DNA of 64,000 nt. Source: Mobula hypostoma. Lineage: Eukaryota. The notes below the pieces were generated by a model, which was not told where the DNA came from, did no database searches, and saw nothing but the letters and a program-made list of their open reading frames with translations. The stretch's first letter is position 1. Each line of letters begins with the position of its first letter. Shown here piece by piece: positions 11,660-24,202 of this stretch. The stretch lies in contig NC_086108.1 of assembly GCF_963921235.1 (NCBI RefSeq), positions 29,142,001 through 29,206,000 on the forward strand. The letters are read 5' to 3'. The position numbers and the translations under genes are program-made.

Positions 11660-12572
11660 GAGAGGGAGATGACTTCAGTCCATTGAGCCTATATTGGCTC
11701 ACAGAGCAATCTTATTCTCTCACAAGTTTTACCTGTAGCTCCTCATTCCTTTCAAACTCTACCACTCACCTATATGCACTGGTGGTAATTTACAGGGGAG
11801 AATTAACCCCACCGGGGTGGCGGAGTGGAGATACGTCTCTACCAAAGGAGGTGTAAGGCACTCCTTCTCTCCACTAGCTTGCAGGTCACCCTTGGGCAAG
11901 GTGTGGCACCTGCTTAGCCTCTGATCAGGGTGATGTGAAACTGTGGGGTCAGGTGGCGGATGGTCATATAAGAAGCTGCTGCATAGCACAAGTCCTGGTT
12001 ATGCAACCACTGATGACAGGCAAACAGCCTCTGGAGAGTATTGATAGTGGCTAGGATCTCCCATCCTGTAAAGACACTGCCCAGAAGAAGGCAAGGGTAA
12101 ACGATCTTGGTAGAAAAATTTGCCAAGAACAATGATGGTCAAATACCATGATTGCCCACGTCACACGATGCAGCACATAATGATGACGATGACATAACCT
12201 ACCACAAGACCATAAGACGTGGGAGCAGAATTAGGCCATCTGAGTCTGCTCTGCCATTCGATCATGGCTAGTCCTTTTTGTTTAAAATCTCCTTCTCAAC
12301 CCCAGTTCCCGGTCTTCTCCTCGTAAACTTTGATGTCATGTCCAATGAAGAACCTATCAATCTCTGACTTAAGTACACCAATGACCTGGCCTCCACAGCT
12401 GCATGTGGCATCAAGTTCCACAAATTCACCACCCAGCCAACCTGCATGTCTTTGGGAAATGGGAGGTAATCCGAATAGGTGCACAGAGAGCATGCGCATG
12501 GACAGCACCAACACTCGGGATTAAGCCTAGCTCACCGGTGCTGTAAGGTAGCAGCTACAACTGTGCTGCCCA
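11660..12572 (-). mobile_element. Old V-SINE split by an RTE-like element (11812-12192) and a CR1 3' end (12203-12430)
   Basis: GGTAATTTACAG..AATTAACC (~11785-11810) continues as ACCAGCCAACCTGCATGTCTTTGGG... after 12430. The CR1 3' end reads LKSEIDRFFIGHDIKVYEEK. Confidence 0.55.
11812..12192 (+). mobile_element. RTE/BovB-related non-autonomous element, most complete copy
   Basis: Three copies in the window. GAAGAAGGCAA(T)GG(C)AAAC 3' motif resembles Bov-A/BovB ends. Short (TGA)n-like tail. Confidence 0.6.
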
Positions 12573-13375
12573 TTCTTCGGCAATGGTTCATTCATTTACG
12601 AGTGGGACAGGAACTGAGCTTTAAGCCAAAGCAAAAAGCAGTCCTAAGTGAAATGTGAAGGTTAGCAGGCATTAGCCTGTCCTCTATGATAGAGTGATGA
12701 AGCTAATACAACAGAGGGAATGTTTTTGTTTCAGGGTGAGTCCCACTGAGTGACAGATATACGGCACCATGTGGGAGGATGTGCCAACCTTACTCTTGAC
12801 ATTCACCAGTATTTGAGATGCTCAATTGACGGAACACGATGAAGAATGACTAAACCATTTGCTGTGGGGGCACTGATATATCACCATTGAGAAAGCAGCG
12901 ATTATTCATTTCCTGAGGCTTATGAGCTTCACAAAAATTATATCTCACATCACTAAACCCCCATTAGTATGAGTAATAGTTGTTTTGTTTTTCGATTAAC
13001 TAGAAGTGGAATAAAAGCCCTATGTAGCAATTGCTGATTGATTAAGGCAAAGCAAAATTCGGTGCACTGCGTTAGGTTGTTATGTAAATAGAAATATAAA
13101 GAGATGCTTGGTTGGCACTTTTAGCCAACATGGCTATTTAAAATCTATTGTGAAACAAAATGTACAATGTTAGTTTGATAGCTATGGTTGATATATTAAT
13201 TTATTGGTGTTATTTTGCAGTAAGTGTGAACTATTAACTAAAAAATCCTTTCAACATGATCAACATTATGGGCTGAACTGAAAAAGGGAACTTTACCATT
13301 AAGCCATGCAGTTTTCATCTATAAAATATCAAATGTACATATATCTAGTACTTTCTCCATCCCTAATACATCATG

Positions 13376-13928
13376 AGATGGGGTACGAGGGGGGTGGGGC
13401 ATTAACGGAAGTTAGAGAAGTCGATGTTCATGCCATCAGGTTGGAGGCTACCCAGACGGAATATAAGGTGTTGTTCCTCCAACCTGAGTGTGGCTTCATC
13501 TCCCCCTCCTCCCCCTCGTACCCCATCTGTTACTTATTTTTATACACACATTCTTTCTCTCACTCTCCTTTTTCTCCCTCTGTCCCTCTGAATATACCCC
13601 TTGCCCATCCTCTGGGTCCCCCCCCCCTGTCTTTCTTCCTGGACCTCCTGTCCCATGATCCTCTCGTATCCCCTTTTGCCTATCACCTGTCCAGCTCTTG
13701 GCTCCATCCCTCCTCCTCCTGTCTTCTCCTATCATTTTGGATCTCCCCCTCCCCCTCCAACTTTCAAATCCCTTACTCACTCTTCCTTCAGTTAGTCCTG
13801 ACGAAGGGTCTCGGCCTGAAACGTCGACTGTACTTCTTCCTCGAGATGCTGCCTGGCCTGCTGCATTCACCAGCAACTTTTATGTGTGTTGCTTCAATTT
13901 CCAGCATCTGCAGAATTCCTGTTGTTTA
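13376..13928. mobile_element. PLE insertion: inverted endonuclease-end segment (13376-13500) plus direct 3' region with hammerhead and tail
   Basis: Near-identical to 50340-50737 and 45860-46020. Confidence 0.85.
13794..13829 (+). ncRNA. Minimal type I hammerhead ribozyme motif
   Basis: AGTC-CTGACGA-AGG(GTCTCGG)CCT-GAAA-CG-TC-GACT: stem I AGTC/GACT, intact core, palindromic ACGT in place of stem III. Predicted cut after C13825. Confidence 0.85.
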
Positions 13929-13931
13929 TAT

Positions 13932-14265
13932 GAAGATGTTTCTGGTCGAAAGGTCTGGCTGGCCCAACGTGGGGTTCAATATTTTATGTGCTACACATCA
14001 AAGGACAATTCCATATTTATAATGTATCTATAATGCTTTCTTTGAAATTACACACAAACTTCACACCTCCTGATTCGCACCCACATCACAGACATCCAAA
14101 TGAATTTTAATCTGCATTGTCTGGTCAGGGATTCACAGCTTTGAGGAACCCATCATTCAGAGCTGCACTCCAAATTAAATCAACAATACATATTCTGATG
14201 TGAAGACTGGTAGCCAAAGTCGTTTGCTAAATGTAAATGTGCTAAACCCAAAACCCACTCTAACA
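13932..14265 (-). mobile_element. Truncated solo-LTR-like repeat
   Basis: Homologous to 40415-40813 (GCTGGCCCAACGTGGGG, GAAGACTGGTAGCCAAAG, ends CACTCTAACA). Confidence 0.6.
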
Positions 14266-14962
14266 GCTTCTTAAACGTTAAGGATAGAGATTCCAATCAA
14301 CCATCCTTCACTGATAGTGAACAACATTAACGTGGAGCAGTGGGTGATGACACAGAGCACTAGAGGTCATTCCACATCGTTCTTAAAGGAATACACACAC
14401 TCAATGCGGTGCATGGATTTCTCTTGTAAAAAAATAACAAACCCTTATCAACAAAAGCATTATATCAATTAACTATTTAAAAGCAATCTTTTTTTTAATT
14501 AACTAAATTTTGCAAACACATATAAACAGTCAATCATTAATCTATCTATATGTATCTACTCATAAACTAAACAATTATGCGTATGTATTATTGATATAAG
14601 CACAATAAATGTTTTCTTCACATGTAACAAACCTTGCATCATGTGTTACTTTGACTATATATAACTATGAATACAGTTTATCACATACATTGCCAAACAT
14701 CAGTTGTAAACCCCAAACTTAACTCCAACCAGTGCACCCACTAATTACAAGAGCGAATACAATAAAAGATAATAGTAAAATATTTCCAAATATCACAAAC
14801 CTGGTGACAACATCTTCTAAGCTCGACTAATATTTCTCAGTTTGTCCTTACCATGACTGTTTCACAATCTAACTCCCACCATTTTAGAACATAGAACAGT
14901 AAAGTAAAGGAACAAGCCCTTCGGCCCCCAATGTTTCTTCATGACTGGACATTTCTTTATTC

Positions 14963-15266
14963 TGATGACTCTTTGAAAACTAGGAGGCAAACATTATGCA
15001 TGGGAATTTCAGACACAACATGTTTTGTAATTTTAAAACATTAAAACTAATTGAAAGCAAAACAAAGAGCTGGGAAAAAAAAACATGTGTGCTTTGTTTT
15101 TACTTTAAATGAGGCATGACTGTTTGACATGGAAGCATGATGACATATGTAATCACTTATTTTTACATGTAACCTGTAATGAATTATTTAAAAGAACAAG
15201 AATGATTAATAAGACAATACATTTATAATATTACTCAAATATGACTGAAATATTAAATGCACAACA
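14963..15266. mobile_element. Probable solo LTR
   Basis: TG...CA ends (TGATG...CAACA). Flanks TATTC/TAATC form a 5-bp TSD with one mismatch. Confidence 0.45.
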
Positions 15267-15319
15267 TAATCCTCACTTCAGGATACTCAGTTTCTCCTGA
15301 GTCTATTTCAAGCCATGTA

Positions 15320-17131
15320 CAATGCCTATAGAAAGTATTCACCACCCCCCCCCAACCCGCAAGTTTACATGTTTGGTTGTTTTACAGTATTGAATCATAG
15401 TCGATTTAATTTGGCTTTTTGACATTGATCAACAGAAAAAGACTCTTTCGTGTCAAAGTGAAAACAGATCTCTACAAACAAAATAATTGATTACATAAGG
15501 ATTCTCCCTTTTAATCTGACACACCAAATCATCACTGGTGCAGTCAACTGGTTTAAGAAGTCACATAATTAGTTAAATGGACATCACGGTGTGCAGTCAA
15601 GGTGTTTCGATTGATTGTAGTAAAAATATACCTGCATCTGGAAGGTTCAACTGCTGGTAGGTCAGTATCCTGGCAAAAACTACATCATGAAGATGAATGA
15701 ACACTCCAAGCAACACTGCAAAAATGTTCTAGAAAAGCACAACTCAGGAGATTGATACGCGAAAATTTCCAAGTCACTAAATATAAAGTCAATCATCAAG
15801 AAATGGAAAGCATATGGCACAGCTGTTAATCTGCATAAAGCAGGCCAGCCTCAAAAACTGAGTGACCGTTCAAGAAGGGGACTAGAGAGGGAGGCCATTA
15901 AGAGACCTATGACAATTTGGGAGGAGTTACCAGCTTCAGTGGATGAGATGGGAGAGACTGTGCATACAACAACTGTTGCCTGGGTGCTTTACCAGTCGCA
16001 GCTTTATGGGAGAGTGGAAAGCCTCTGTTGAAAAAAACTCACGTGAAATCTTGGCTAGAGTTAGCCAGAAGGCATGTGGGAGACTGAAGTCAGCTGGAAG
16101 AAGGTTCAAGATTTCATGAAAACAAACTTCAGCTTTTTGACCATCAGACTAAGTGCTATGTTTGGAGTAAGCCAAACACCACATATCATCAAAAACACTC
16201 CATCCCCATCGTGAGGCATGGTGGTGGCTGCATCATGCTGTGGGGATGCTTCACTGCAGCAGGCCCTGGAAGGCTTTTGAAGGTAGAGGGTGAAATGAAT
16301 GCAGCAAAATACAGAGAAATTCTGGAGGAAAACCTGATGGAGAACTGCGACTTGGGAGAAGATTTGTTTTCCAACAAGACAATGACCTCAAGCCTAAAGC
16401 CAAAGCGCCACAAAACTTGTTTGAAAACAACAACACACATCAAAGTTGCTGGTGAACACAGCAGGTCAGGCAGCATCTCTAAGAAGAGGTACAGTCGACG
16501 TTTCGGGCCGAGACCCTTGGTCTAGTCCTGACAAAGGGTCTCGGCCTGAAACGTCGACTGTACCTCTTCCTAGAGATGCTGCCTGGCCTGCTGCGTTCAC
16601 CAGCAACTTTGATGTGTGTTGCTTGAATTTCTAGCATCTGCAGAATTCCTGTTGTTTGCGTTTTTTTAAAAATAACAAAATGTTTTGGAGTGGCCAAGTC
16701 AGAGTCCAGACCTTAAACTAATTTAGAATTTGTGGCTGGACTTGAAAAGGGCTGTTCACTCACAATCCCCATGCAATCTGGCAGAGCGTTAGCTGTTTTG
16801 TAAAGAATAATGGGAAAAAATTACAGTGTCTAGGTGTACAAAGCTGATAGAGACCTATCCACACAGGCTCAAGGCTGTAATTGCTGCTAAAGGTGTATCT
16901 AATAAATACTGACTTGAAGGGGGTGAGTAATTATGCAATCAATTATTTTGTTTTCAATAACTGTAATAAGTTTAGACCTATTTGTAGAAATTTGTTTTCA
17001 CTTTGACACAAAAGAATCTTTTCTGTTGATCAGTGTCAAAAGAGCCAAATTAAATCTACTGTGATTCAATGCTGTAAAACAATAAAACATGAAAACCTCC
17101 GAGGTGGGGTGAATACTTTTTATAGGCACTG
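15320..17131 (+). mobile_element. Tc1-like DNA transposon with long inverted repeats and decayed transposase
   Basis: CAATGCCTATAGAAAGTATTCACC...GGTGAATACTTTTTATAGGCACTG with TA flanks. Peptide RHGGGCIMLWGCFTAAGPGRLLKVEGEMNAAKYREILEENL. Multiple stops and frameshifts. Confidence 0.92.
16430..16660. mobile_element. Minimal PLE insertion (inverted hammerhead-region pair) inside Tc1
   Basis: 16431-16518 is the reverse complement of ~16534-16621, followed by the ~38-nt PLE tail CTTGAATTTCTAGCATCTGCAGAATTCCTGTTGTTT. Confidence 0.85.
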
Positions 17132-18960
17132 TAGCAGTACTGTGGACAGTAGAAGTCTGACAGTCACCTTTCCTTTCTCCAACAACTGCACATCCTAGTC
17201 CAGTACTTTGTGGTGGCTCTCACAGGAGCTTCCTCCTTGGACACCTTAGTCCCCGTATCTTACTCTGAAGTGAGAGTGGTGTTTATTTTGCTTATTGCTT
17301 CTTGTGCAGTAAACAATTTTGCTCAAGGGCATTTGAACAGCTCATACTGCAGGCCACTGAGTTCCAAGAAACATTTCTGACCGATCTTTTAGCATTATGT
17401 AAGAATACATTAAGTTATCTTTATTGATATTCCTAAAACACACCCCAGTTTTAATTCTGGGACCAACAGCTTCCTATGTACATCCTCCACTCTGATCTAG
17501 CTCTTCTTCTATGCTATTTGAATTACCAGTAATCTTTTCTGCCTATAATCAACAACTGACTTGCCTGTCATCACCAGCAACCCAAGTGTCTGTCTCTCCC
17601 CTAAGTAGCAGTGTCTCTCCTCATTGATGCTTAAAATTGGTTTACTTTGCCTCACAGGATATTCTCAGTTGTGTACCTCATAACCAATGAGCATGAACAG
17701 TATCAATGTTCATTCTGATAATTATGTCATCATTTGATAAAGGGTTGATCAATGTATGGTAGATAACTGTAGATTTGCCGTAAATTCCTTTTAAGATATG
17801 CAACTGCAGCTTGCATCTCCCCATTTCCAATGGGTGAATGGTCTTCCAGCAGAATTGTCTTACTCTTCCGTCCAAGGTGAATGGAGATAATTATTGTCTC
17901 CAGCTCCAAATCTTGCCATCCTGAATAGGCATCCTAAGCTTGTCTGGCTTCTAAAACAGTCAAAACAAGACCACCACCTTGTAATTCTTCAATTTTCTAT
18001 CTCTGGTATTCAAAAGACGTACTTTTCCCTCCAAACCCATTTGAGCATTCATACAGTATCACAGCAGTGATGGAGGTGACCAAACCTCCATCACCAGCTG
18101 TGTGGACTTGCAACTCAGGTCCTTTTTGAGGTGAAATAGTTTCACATTTTTCAATGCTCTTTCCATACTCATGGTTGTTCTACATATTACCTCAGACAAC
18201 ACATCCAGAGAGTTCAAGAATTTTGAGTGGATTCTCTCATTGAGAAGCTCACGAACCAACAATCCTGCAGTGTTCTACCTACAAAAAGCCTGAAAAATTC
18301 ACGGTTTTATCAGAATTTTTAACAGGCAAAATTTTTGACTAAATTCTCATGGTGGCAAATACTGATTTTATGTCATACTCAAAAATTTCTGAAAGCACTG
18401 GAGTAAAATATGTCTTCGAAATATCACAATAGCATGTTTTGCGGTTTGTGGCACTGATAAATACAGGGGCATTTTATATATCTTCAGCACATTATAAATA
18501 ATACTATTGCTTTGCTTTTCTCAGTATGTTTGAATCGTTCTGCCTGTGTCCACTCAGAATCTTGAAATCTCACTTGCTTTCAGGAATGATCTCCATACCT
18601 TTTATGTAAAGAGCAAATAGCTGCAATTCTCATTATAGGCAAGAAATTTCTTTACCTAAGTTTGACTTCAAGGTGTCATGGGGTTGAGGCAAACTCGAGT
18701 TTTCCACAGCCATTCCCTCCCAATTATATATCAATATGTCATCACTGGGTTCTGTCCTGCTAGTTTGCAAGCGCAAGCTCAGAAATGGAGCTGATGGAGT
18801 CTGAGACATTGCCTGTGACATGATTCTTGACTGGTCTGTGAGTTCTTCCAATTTATTCACGAGGAAGACTTCACCGAGTCAGTTGTGTGGAGTGAGCTTC
18901 TTCATTTCTGACCTGACGCAGTATAATGCTAATTGCTCCGTTTGTTTTTATTCTCCTTAG

Positions 18961-18999
18961 AACATTTTGTGGTAGTTTTGATACAAAGATTCAAAGAAT
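18961..18999 (+). CDS. Candidate coding exon (TFCGSFDTKIQR) of an unidentified gene
   Basis: Strong acceptor TTTGTTTTTATTCTCCTTAG and donor GTATGT. Phase 2-2, compatible with 19091. Confidence 0.3.
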
Positions 19000-19090
19000 G
19001 TATGTGTAACAGCTTTGTAGTGCTGGTCTTATTTCATGTGACTGGTCACTGCACTCAATGAGAAAATAAAATTGCATATTACTACATTAG

Positions 19091-19157
19091 GCGCTATTCG
19101 GCCACCAGGAGCTCTAGGCATCAGGAGGCAGTGAATAGAAAACACGCACTTCTGGAG
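19091..19157 (+). CDS. Candidate coding exon (RYSATRSSRHQEAVNRKHALLE)
   Basis: Perfect donor GAG|GTAAGT; only one open frame; ends in phase 0. Confidence 0.35.
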
Positions 19158-19445
19158 GTAAGTTTGTTTATAAAAATAGCAATATATACAAAATATTAAC
19201 TTGAGGAAGAACAATTCAAAATTCCAACATTCTGTTTAGATTCCAAATCTCTGACATCAAACAGAAACCAAATTCCTTTTTAGTTAGAATCAGTGAGATT
19301 CATTGGAATAACTTTTATTACTCCAATTTCTCTATCTAATTAGATCTAGTGTTACTCCCTATTTAAAGGTTTACAGACGAAAATTGTCTTTCTATTTATC
19401 CCTAGTTAGTTAGAAAACTAATTGAATTTCTATTTTTAAATATTG

Positions 19446-22400
19446 TATTGAATTGAATTGAATTGACTTCATTTCTTACATTCTTCACATACACGAGTAA
19501 AAATCTTTACGTTACATTTCTGTCCGAATGTGCATTGTGTAAATTATCGAAATTTGTAATCAATACAGAACAGTCAATATAGCTTAGAAATACAATTGTG
19601 TCAGTCTGATGACTGGTGGAAGAAGCTGCCCCAGAGCCTGTTGGTCCTGGCTTTAATGCTGCAGTACCATTTCCTGGATGGTAGCATCTAGAACAGTTTG
19701 TGGTTGGAATGACTTGGGTCCTAAGTGATCCTTTGAGTCTTTTTTACGCACCTGTTGCTGTAAATGTTCTGAACAGTGAGAGGTTCACATCCACAGATGT
19801 GCTGGGCTGCCCGCACCACTCTGTGTAGAGTCCTGCGATTGAGGGGAGTACAGTTCCCATACCAGGCACTGATACAGCCTGGCAGGATGCTCTCAGTTGT
19901 GCCCCTGTAGAAAGTCCTTAGGACCTGGGGACTCGTGCCAAACTTCTTCAACCGCCTGCGGTGAAAGAGACACTGTTGTGTTTTTTTCACCACACAGCCG
20001 GTATGCATAGACCAAGTGAGATCTTTGGTGACGTGCATATCAAGGAATTCAAAATTGTTCACCCTCTCTACCCCAGATCCATTGATGTCAATAGGGGTGA
20101 GCCTGTCTCCATTCCTCCTGTAGTCCACAACCAGCTCCTTTGTTTTTGCGACATTGAGGGAGAGGTTGTTTTCTTGACACCACTATGTCAGGTTGATGAC
20201 TTCTTCTCTGTAGGCTGCCTCATTATTATTTGAGATAAGGCCAATCAATGAGGTGTCATCTGCAAATTTAATTAGCAGATTGTTGCTGTGAATGGTGACA
20301 CAGTCATGTGTATACAGAGAATAAAGGAAGGGGCTTAGGACTCAACACTGGGGGGCTCCTGTGTTGAGGATCAGAGGGGCAGAGGTGAGGGAGCTCACTC
20401 TTACCATATGCCGGTGATCTGACAGGAAGTCCAGTATACAGCTACACAAGGCAGGGTGAAGTCCGAGGTCTCAGCTTCTTGTCAAGCCTGGAGGGAATTA
20501 TGGTGTTGAATATTGAACTGTAGTCCAAGAACAGCATTCTCACAAAGGCATCCCTCTTCTTCAGATGTGTAAGGATGGTGTGTAGAGTTGTGGCTATTGT
20601 GTCATCTGTCAATTGGTTGTGTCAGTAGGTGAATTGTAGGAGGTCCAGTGTGTGGGTGGTAGCACGCTGCAGATGTAGTCCTTGACCAGCCTCTCAAAGC
20701 ATTTGCTTATTATTAAGGTGAGTGCAACAGGACGCCTGTCATTCAGACATGTTATCTTGGTCTTTTTAGGTACTGTCATGGACTTGGTCTGTGAAGTCTA
20801 CATTCCGGTTCACGGTCTGGTCCATTGATTCCTTATTCTGGGTTTTCATGTTTTCCCTTGTTCCATTAGGTGCCTTAATTGAGGCGCCTGATTCTCATTT
20901 TGGGCTGGACTGTTCCCTTACCCTCGCCTGCATCCCTGTCAAGTTCAACAGCTGGAGTGAGACCGGAGCCTTGCCACGCCAAGATAAGGAACTATCTGTG
21001 ATTGAGTTTAGATCTGTCTCTTTGTGTCCCTGTGTTTAGTGTCCATGTCAAAGAAGAGTCCCGGCCCTAGGTCCTGTTCCCAAGGAGGGGTCCTGACTCT
21101 GTGTAGAGCCCTGGCCATAAGTTCTGTCCCCAAGGAGGGGTCCCGGCTCTGTGCTCTGTGTTCTGTGTTCCTGTGCTCAAGTCCCCATCCAAATCCTTGG
21201 CAGTTTACCTTGGCAGTCATCCTGGCCCTGTGTCCTAGAAAGGGTCCTGGCCCTGCATCCGAGAAAGGGTCCCGGCCCTGTGCTCCAAGGAGGAGTCCCG
21301 GCTCTGTACCCAAAAGCCTAACCAAGCCGAGTCCAAGAGCTAAGCCAAACCTAGCCCAAGAGCCGTGTCCTGCCCTGGAGTACCTTGTCTAGTCCACGTT
21401 CCAAGGCGCTGATCATCCAGTCCACATCCAAGGCTCTGTGTTCCTGTGTTCCAAGACCAAGTCCAGTTGCTGTGTTCCAGCCCTGTCCAAATCTGAGCTT
21501 CATGTTCTCATCTAGTTCCAGTGCCTCACCCAGCCCAGGAGTTCCTCGCCCAGCCCGGTGCTGGAGATTCCTCATCCTGTGCTGGGGTACCTTGTTCTGT
21601 CCTATCAGCCACGTCCTGTCCTTGCCAAGATCCTAGTCCCGAGTCGTAGCCTAGACCTGGGTTCCAGTTCCGAGTCCCAACCAAGACCCAGGTTCCAGGT
21701 CCTTGTCCAGGCTCTGGTTCCGGAGTTCTGTATTTCTTGTCCAGGCTCCTTGTTCCTAGTTCCCCATCTGGGTCCCGTGTCTCTCGTCCGAGTCCGAGCC
21801 CAGGCCCAGTGTCCTTGTATCGTCCAGGGCCTGTGTTCATGTCCAGCATCATTCTTCCTTACTCACCTTGCTATCTCGATAAACCTAGTCCTGTTCCTCG
21901 TACTTCAGTGTCTGTGTCTTGCATTTGAGTCCACTTCCAGCGCCCTCCATATGACAGGTACAGGGACAATGTTTTGAAGCAGGTGGGCACTCTACACTGG
22001 GAGAGGGAGGGATTAAAAATGTCTGCAAACACACCAGCCGGTTGTGCCGTGCACACTCTGAGTACCCGCCCTAGGATGCCGTCCTGTCCCACAGCCTTGC
22101 GACTGTCCGCTCGTTGGAAGCACTTGAGTACTTCAGCCTCAAAAATGACCAAGGTGCAGATCACATTGGCGGCTTTCCCCGGGGGCTTAGTGTCAGCAAC
22201 ATCGAACTGAGCATAAAAAAGATCTTGCTCATCTGGGAGAGAGGCAGCGATGTTGGCAGCACCACTGCATTTAGCTTTGAAGTCTGCGATGATGTGCAGA
22301 CCTTGCCATAAACTGGGTGTGTGGTTGGTGAAGAGTTGTGTCTGGATCTTGTCCCTGTATTCTCTGCCTTGATGACTTTGTGTAGATCGTAGCTGCATTT

Positions 22401-22908
22401 CTTGTGTTTCTGGTGGTTACCGGTGATGAAGCTCTGTCTCATGCGGTGAGTGCAGCTCGTGGAACTGTTGAACCAGAGTTTCTAGTTTGGATTGACCCTG
22501 ACCGACTTTTGAGGGACAACGTCCTCGATTCACTTCCAGGTGAAGCTCGTGACCCCTCCTGTGAACTCAGAGACATGCTCATCACAAAAGATATTCCAGT
22601 TGATGTCATTGAAGCAGTCCTGTAACATGAAGACCGATTGGTTGAACCAAAAGTGGTAAGTTTTAACTATGGCTGCTTCTTGTTTCAGCTTCTGCCTGTA
22701 CGCAGGTAGTAAAAGAACGTGGGAGTGATCAGACTTCTCAAGCGATGGTCGAAGGAGCGCTTTGTAAGTGTTGCGGAAGGGTGAGTAGCAGTGGTCGAGT
22801 ACGCTGTCTCTCCGTGTGATCATCCGGATGTGTTGACAAAACTTCGGAGAGACTTTAGTCAACGATGCTCTATTAAAGTTTCCAGCGACGATGAAAGCAG
22901 CCTCCATG
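19446..22908 (-). mobile_element. Rex1/Babar-like LINE (APE+RT fragments) with (TTCAA)n tail, interrupted by a solo LTR
   Basis: Reads AAFIVAGNFN...LDHCYSP...KSDHSHVLLLPAYRQKLK (endonuclease), KAVGQDGILGRVLRVC and VERVNNFEFL...FYRGTTESIL...WYGNC. (ATTGA)n at 19446-19466. Confidence 0.9.
20774..21956 (+). mobile_element. Solo LTR (Gypsy-like, 1183 bp) with internal degenerate tandem repeats
   Basis: TGTCAT...ATGACA termini and exact 5-bp TSD GGTAC at 20769-20773 and 21957-21961. Confidence 0.85.
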
Positions 22909-23912
22909 AAAGTATTATGAGTATTATGGTTAACTTCAATTTCAGTTCAGATCAGTATGTCCACAAATTCAAATTCAATCCCAATTATACATATACATAC
23001 AGATTAACTCCTTTTATGACATATCTCCAACATCTTAACTAAGTAAATCTCATTCAGTAACTTATCAAAAATGATCAGTTCTTGCAGAAAATTTAATTCA
23101 GATCCTTTGAATGAAAAATAAACTGATGCATTCAACTGTATTAAATCCTCTATGTCATGAAACATCTCCTTCCTGCACTGGTTCTTCATGTTGGGTGGCT
23201 CGCCATCTTGTTTCTTGGTTTGTTGGATGAAATAGTTGCTCATTCATGGAAAGTCGATTCACAAAACTTGTACCAAAAAGTGACCAAATCCCTTGCTGTG
23301 ATTTAACAAAACTAATTCCTATTTACACAGTAGAGATCTTGGACACTTGTCTCTGCCGCTATAGCCACTGCTTGTTATAGCCGTAGCTTCAATAGATCAT
23401 TTATCGATATTGTTTCTCCGCCAGGGGTTTCACCCTGAGGTTTCAAGTAAGCAGGACAGAGATACTCTCTATTAATTCCACTTTTAACAGTTTATATATT
23501 TAGTTTCTAATAGTTTGCTCTGTTTCTCTAACTTGCCCACGCCTGCATCACCCTCATTTTCGCATAGCTTTCCCCCCACCCCAGTTCTCTTTTTCAAAAA
23601 ATTTGGTAAACCTCATTTTCATCCCTCCACAGGTGGAGCTTTCTAACATTACATCTCTGGGTTTAATCAACATATGCAGTATACAACCCTGAGATTGTCT
23701 TCCCAAATTCATCCACGGCTCAAGGAGAACCATGAAACCTATTGTTCAAAGAAAAACATCAAATCCCCAATACACAAAGAACAAATCACATAAATAGTTC
23801 AACAAAATAAGCGAAAAAAAAGAACATAAAACATCAAACCACAAATCATCGAAATAGTCCTGAAACATTGGGTTTCGTTTAGTTCGAGAGCAACACGAGC
23901 ACCTTCCTCCAT

Positions 23913-24202
23913 GAGAAGAGAGAGAGAGAGAGAGAGACCGATGGGGGGGGTGTGCGGAGAGAGAGAGAGAGAGACCGATGGGGGGGGTGTGCGTGGAGAG
24001 AGAGAGAGAGAGAGAGAGAGACCGATGGGGGGGGGTGTGCGCGGAGAGAGAGAGAGAGAGAGAGAGACCGATGGGGGGGGATGTGCGCGGAGAGAGAGAC
24101 AGAGAGAGAGAGACCGATGGGGGGGTGTGCGCGGAGAGAGAGAGAGAGACCGATGGGGGGGGGGGTGTGCGCGGAGAGAGAGAGAGAAATGAGAGAGAGA
24201 GA
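23913..24202. repeat. Composite minisatellite: six units of (GA)n-CCGAT-G7-11-TGTGCGCG
   Basis: Directly visible. The overlapping ORFs are artefacts. Confidence 0.95.

Noticed and set aside
13306..14033. 238-aa ORF and similar ones at 269-806 and 49552-50854
   Set aside because: They run across the inverted junction and pyrimidine-rich 3' region of PLE insertions; not host genes.
17678..18262. Protein-like minus-strand frames, possible viral or gene relic
   Set aside because: Multiple stops and no recognisable motif.
20791..21977. Several 80-140 aa Pro/Gly/Ser-rich ORFs
   Set aside because: They lie inside a TSD-bounded solo LTR made of low-complexity repeats.
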